Part shown: positions 63,569 through 64,000 of the stretch, in pieces
Layout of the letters: the number at the start of each line of letters is the position of its first letter
How positions within the stretch are numbered: position 1 is the stretch's first letter
Origin: Promethearchaeota archaeon
GTDB taxonomy: Archaea > Asgardarchaeota > Lokiarchaeia > Sigyniarchaeales > SOKP01
Reading direction: 5' to 3'
Length of the DNA: 64,000 bases
Assembly (NCBI GenBank): GCA_016839585.1
Contig: JAEOTZ010000072.1
Span: 1 to 64,000, forward strand
Program-made: the position numbers and the translations under genes
Notes under the pieces: generated by a model
What the model was told of the DNA's origin: nothing
The model's input: the letters and a program-made list of their open reading frames with translations, nothing else
Database searches by the model: none

Positions 63569-64000
63569 GTGACATCAGTGATCAGTGTTATTGGATATTC
63601 TGGAAGTGGAAAAACGCACTTTATATTAAATGCTATAAAATTATTAAAAAAGAATTTGAATAAAGAAGTTTCTGTGATCAAATTTATTCATGAGCATCAA
63701 ATTGATAAAGTGGGAAAAGATTCATACAAATATTCTGAAGTAGGAGCGAGTTATTCTGTTTTAAAAAATATTGATAATGAGACAACAATTTTTCTAAAAA
63801 AAAATGCTGATATTACTTCAATAATAGAATGGCTAAGAAATGGTCCATATAAAACAGATTTTATATTTACAGAAGGTTTTAGAGAACTAAATTATCCAAC
63901 TGTATTATGTATCAAAAATGTTGATGATGTTGAATCTCAGTTAACAAAAAATGTAAAAATGATTTCTGGGTCAATTTATTTAATGAAAGACTATGAAAAG
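63569..64000 (+). CDS. mobB: Molybdopterin-guanine dinucleotide biosynthesis protein MobB (partial, runs off window end)
   Basis: VISVIGYSGSGKT, IKFIH…D..GKDS, FTEGFR. Confidence 0.85.
   Translation, partial: MTSVISVIGYSGSGKTHFILNAIKLLKKNLNKEVSVIKFIHEHQIDKVGKDSYKYSEVGASYSVLKNIDNETTIFLKKNADITSIIEWLRNGPYKTDFIFTEGFRELNYPTVLCIKNVDDVESQLTKNVKMISGSIYLMKDYEK

Overview
AT-rich (roughly 27-30% GC by eye) chromosomal segment of an Asgard archaeon, most likely Lokiarchaeia. The assignment rests on an archaeal information-processing core (rpo1N/1C, eL/eS ribosomal proteins, TFB, histone, ArcS/RaSEA, Pus10, Nep1) together with eukaryotic-signature genes: an ESCRT-III/Snf7, two Rab-like GTPases, Roadblock proteins and a GET3-like ATPase. 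Most of the window is housekeeping, with one small decayed accessory patch at about 20.0-24.5 kb. Top finding: dnaG is interrupted inside its conserved GAIFGQ|TEGLL motif by a 40-nt, frame-breaking, stop-containing insert (45771-45810). Its boundaries fold into a bulge-helix-bulge/loop splice motif in exactly the register that restores the protein, making it a candidate tRNA-endonuclease-type mRNA intron in an Asgard protein-coding gene. Second: at least five conserved genes (tfb, rps26e, cbiM, a Rab, probably rps12) appear to start at ATT/ATA codons behind Shine-Dalgarno motifs. Other items: a microhomology-bounded 350-bp rpl30e/nusA duplication, a possible ESCRT-I-like multidomain protein next to snf7, an HTH-ATP-cone-dead-NrdD fusion, and a nucleotide kinase with a PIP box. 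All calls were made by eye; no database searches were run.
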